Positions 37,188 to 39,345 of a DNA stretch of 39,345 nucleotides are shown here, in pieces; the first letter of the stretch is position 1; every line of letters begins with the position of its first letter. The notes under the pieces are model-generated. The model saw nothing but the letters and a program-made list of their open reading frames with translations. It did not search any database and was not told the origin of the DNA. The stretch is from Lentisphaeria bacterium (lineage in GTDB: Bacteria; Verrucomicrobiota; Lentisphaeria; JABSQK01; JAWLHB01): positions 124,001 through 163,345 of the forward strand of contig JAWLHB010000014.1 of assembly GCA_041690595.1 (NCBI GenBank), read 5' to 3'. The position numbers and the translations under genes were made by a program.

Positions 37188-37403
37188 GAACGGTCTTTTT
37201 CAAACGTGGAGGACAAGCCGGAACTGTCCCTACTGGCCGCGGTAATGAGCGAGCGGTATGCTACCATTTCAGGGTGCGTTGTGGCGTACCGTGTGGGGTT
37301 CGAGGGCGACGGCGGCGAAAAAGGCCGCCGCATGATCACGATTCTACGTTTGGCATTGTGATGGTCCCCACTCAATGCTATTTCTGATCCTTGGTCGCTT
37401 CTT

Positions 37404-37949
37404 TCAATCGCCACCCACCCAAAACGCTTCCTTCCATGACCTGCACTTCGGAACGGGGCCTCCGGCTGTTCTGAAATCTTGTATAGTCTTTTTCAGAACT
37501 ATGTCATCATCTGATAATTTACTGAAGGCACTAGATGCTAATGCTTTGTCCACCATCCACAAAGCACAGTATGCGTTGAAACGCGGATATAAATCTTCCG
37601 TTGTATCAGTCGCAATGGATACAAGTAAAGCCAAGTCTGCATCAGTACCATTACACCCGAGAAAGTAAAATGCATAGCTTCGGTTGTTCATGTCCCTTTC
37701 CCTGACTCGTTTCCTTACCTCATCTACAACTCCCTCATGGCCCAATATCAGAGGATCCAGAATCATTGCTTCTGGGATCAGCATATCTTCATTCTCGAAA
37801 AGATCGACGACTTCCTCGGGAGATTTTCCAACTACAAACCAAAACATCGGAGAAACATTTGCAGCAAAGATAAGCAAGACAACGATTGTCAATGCTATTA
37901 CAGTAAGCACTATTTTCTTTCTTCTTAAGCTCTTCAAACGTGCATTCAT
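37404..37949 (-). CDS. AT-rich hypothetical protein with an N-terminal membrane anchor; candidate RHS immunity protein
   Basis: ORF with a basic then hydrophobic N-terminus, markedly AT-rich versus the flanks, starting about 14 nt after the RHS remnant. The function is inferred from position only. Confidence 0.6.
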   Translation of the reverse strand: MNARLKSLRRKKIVLTVIALTIVVLLIFAANVSPMFWFVVGKSPEEVVDLFENEDMLIPEAMILDPLILGHEGVVDEVRKRVRERDMNNRSYAFYFLGCNGTDADLALLVSIATDTTEDLYPRFNAYCALWMVDKALASSAFSKLSDDDIVLKKTIQDFRTAGGPVPKCRSWKEAFWVGGD

Positions 37950-38057
37950 TCGCTGACCCACCTGTGTATTGGTTGAGCCTGTTGGCCTCGTAGCTTTCGA
38001 CGTGGGTGTCGGTGGTGGCGGTTTGGCGGAGTGTTGGCACTGCGCTGACGCTCCGTT

Positions 38058-38092
38058 CCCGCGCTCGCTGGCGCGACGCGGGCTGTCTCGCT
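38058..38092. repeat. Palindromic insert A in the RHS remnant
   Basis: CCCGCG...CGCGGG hairpin followed by CTGTCTCGCT. Confidence 0.55.
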
Positions 38093-38399
38093 ACGCTCGG
38101 CTGCGCGATATCGTCATACATGTAGCCGAAGACGTGGCCGGGAGTGGCTGACCGTCAGACGCATATTTGATCCCGCCCGTCACCTGGCCCAGCTCGACAT
38201 ACCCATAGAGCCAGTATTTCCCATCCTCCTCATCCACCCGCACCCGCTGATTCGTATCGTTGTACGTATACGCATACGACGAGATCACCGCCTGATCCCC
38301 GATCAGCCGCTGATGCCAGATACGGCTCAACCGCTCGAGCCCGTCGTATGACTTGCTGCTGCGCATCACATCCTCGCTCCCGGGTGTTGAAGCTTCGCT

Positions 38400-38429
38400 C
38401 CCGCTACCTTCGGAGCGGGCTGTCTCACT
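38400..38429. repeat. Palindromic insert B in the RHS remnant
   Basis: CCCGCT-ACCTTCGG-AGCGGG hairpin followed by CTGTCTCACT. Confidence 0.55.
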
Positions 38430-39246
38430 CCCTTCGGTCCTTTGGCTGAAGGTAATATGCTGCACGCGCGAGCTGTTTGCCACATACTGGTAGGTGGCGG
38501 TGTTGGTGCCGTCGCCGATGGTGTGGAAGCGGCCGGCGGGGCAGTGCGTGAGCGCCTGTTGCCGGTCGCCTTGCTTCACCCGCACATCGGTGCGACGGTG
38601 CAGCGGATCGTAGTCGTAGTCGACAAACCAGCCGGTAAGCGGTCCTTCGGTATGACCTTCCACATCGACCTGACCGGCGTCGGTATAGGTGTAGGTATGG
38701 GTGCCGACAGCGTCGGTAACCTCCAGCTTGCGCCCAAGGCGGTCGTACCCATAGAGAATATCCGGCGTCTCATCGGAGTAGTCAACCTTCGTGAGCTGTC
38801 CCGCTTCGTTGTAGCTGTAGCTGGTGACAATGCCGCGCGCCCACGTGCGTGATTCGAGACGGCCCGCGGAGGTATAGGTGTAGCGCGGACCGATACCGTC
38901 ATCATACTGCTTATGGGCAAGCTGGCCGCGATCGGCCTTGCTGCTGTCGTCGGAGAAGTCCTGCCAGGTGGTGAGGCTCTTCATGCGGCCCTTCTCGTAG
39001 GTGTACTCGCCTGGATAGGTGCGAGCGCCCCACGTGCGACGCGCTTCGCCGGTCGGCCAGTAGCTCTGGTGCAGGACCGCGCCATCGGGGGTGTCGTCTT
39101 GACTACCCGCCCCAGCTCGTCGTACTCGTAGCGGGTAATCTGCGCCTGCTGCGGCCCGTCGCCATCCGGATCGGCCGTGGTGACCGAAACGACACGACCA
39201 GCGTCGTCGTATGCATACGTGGTTGCGCCCCCTCGGCCGTCGATCT

Positions 39247-39345
39247 GTAAGCGTCAAAAATACCCCATGTTGTTTTTGGGGCCAGACGCCTACGCGGCTT
39301 GGGCCTTGGCTTCGCGCTTTGCTTTCCAGACGTCGGGGAGGAAGT
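39247..39345 (-). mobile_element. Right end of an IS66-family insertion sequence interrupting the RHS gene
   Basis: Terminus GTAAGCGTC at 39247, the IS66-type inverted-repeat start, exactly where RHS coding stops. A transposase-like C-terminus ends 43 nt inside. Confidence 0.75.
39290..39345 (-). CDS. tnpC: IS66 transposase C-terminal fragment (partial)
   Basis: FLPDVWKAKREAKAQAA*, matching the LLPxxW C-terminal motif of IS66 TnpC. Only 17 codons are visible. Confidence 0.6.
   Translation of the reverse strand, partial: FLPDVWKAKREAKAQAA

Larger units (their letters stand above)
37963..39246 (-). pseudogene. RHS/YD-repeat protein remnant in three frames, lacking the RHS core end and C-terminal toxin
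   Basis: Frame 1: TTYAYDDAGRVV...YEYDELGRVVKTT. Frameshift near 39090. Frame 2: PDGAV...WGARTYP, YTYTSAGRLESRTWARG, YGYDRLGR, YAYTYNDTNQR. Frameshift near 38140. Frame 3: GHVFGYMYDDI...YEANRLNQYT, then an abrupt end. Confidence 0.88.

Noticed and set aside
37310..37330. CGGCGGC-GAAAAAG-GCCGCCG hairpin as a terminator
   Set aside because: No U-tract on either side, and a 7-bp GC stem is plausible by chance.

Overview
GC-rich bacterial DNA; the [24 protein letters not shown] pseudopilin genes point to a PVC-superphylum host, possibly Lentisphaerae (inference). There are three zones. (1) 1-13660, minus strand: a BREX phage-defence operon (brxA-brxB-brxC-pglX-pglZ, with pglZ running off the window). 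It carries nested extra genes: a PD-(D/E)xK nuclease fused to a TOPRIM-like domain between brxC and pglX, and an ABC-type ATPase plus a DUF4276-like TOPRIM gene (PARIS-like pair) between pglX and pglZ. A broken excisionase-type HTH gene heads the operon. (2) 13766-35051: a 5'-truncated exoD, then carbohydrate-utilisation modules made of LacI/GntR regulators, two DUF1559-type pseudopilins, three paralogous ~1200-aa secreted putative glycoside hydrolases, two GH78 rhamnosidase-like enzymes and a sulfatase. No transporter gene is present, and GATC-rich repeat arrays bracket the second module. (3) 35125-39345: small genes including an NTAQ1-like Gln amidohydrolase and an AbrB-like ORF, an AT-rich orphan, a decayed RHS/YD gene and the end of an IS66 element inserted into it. 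All family calls come from motif recognition by eye; no searches were run.
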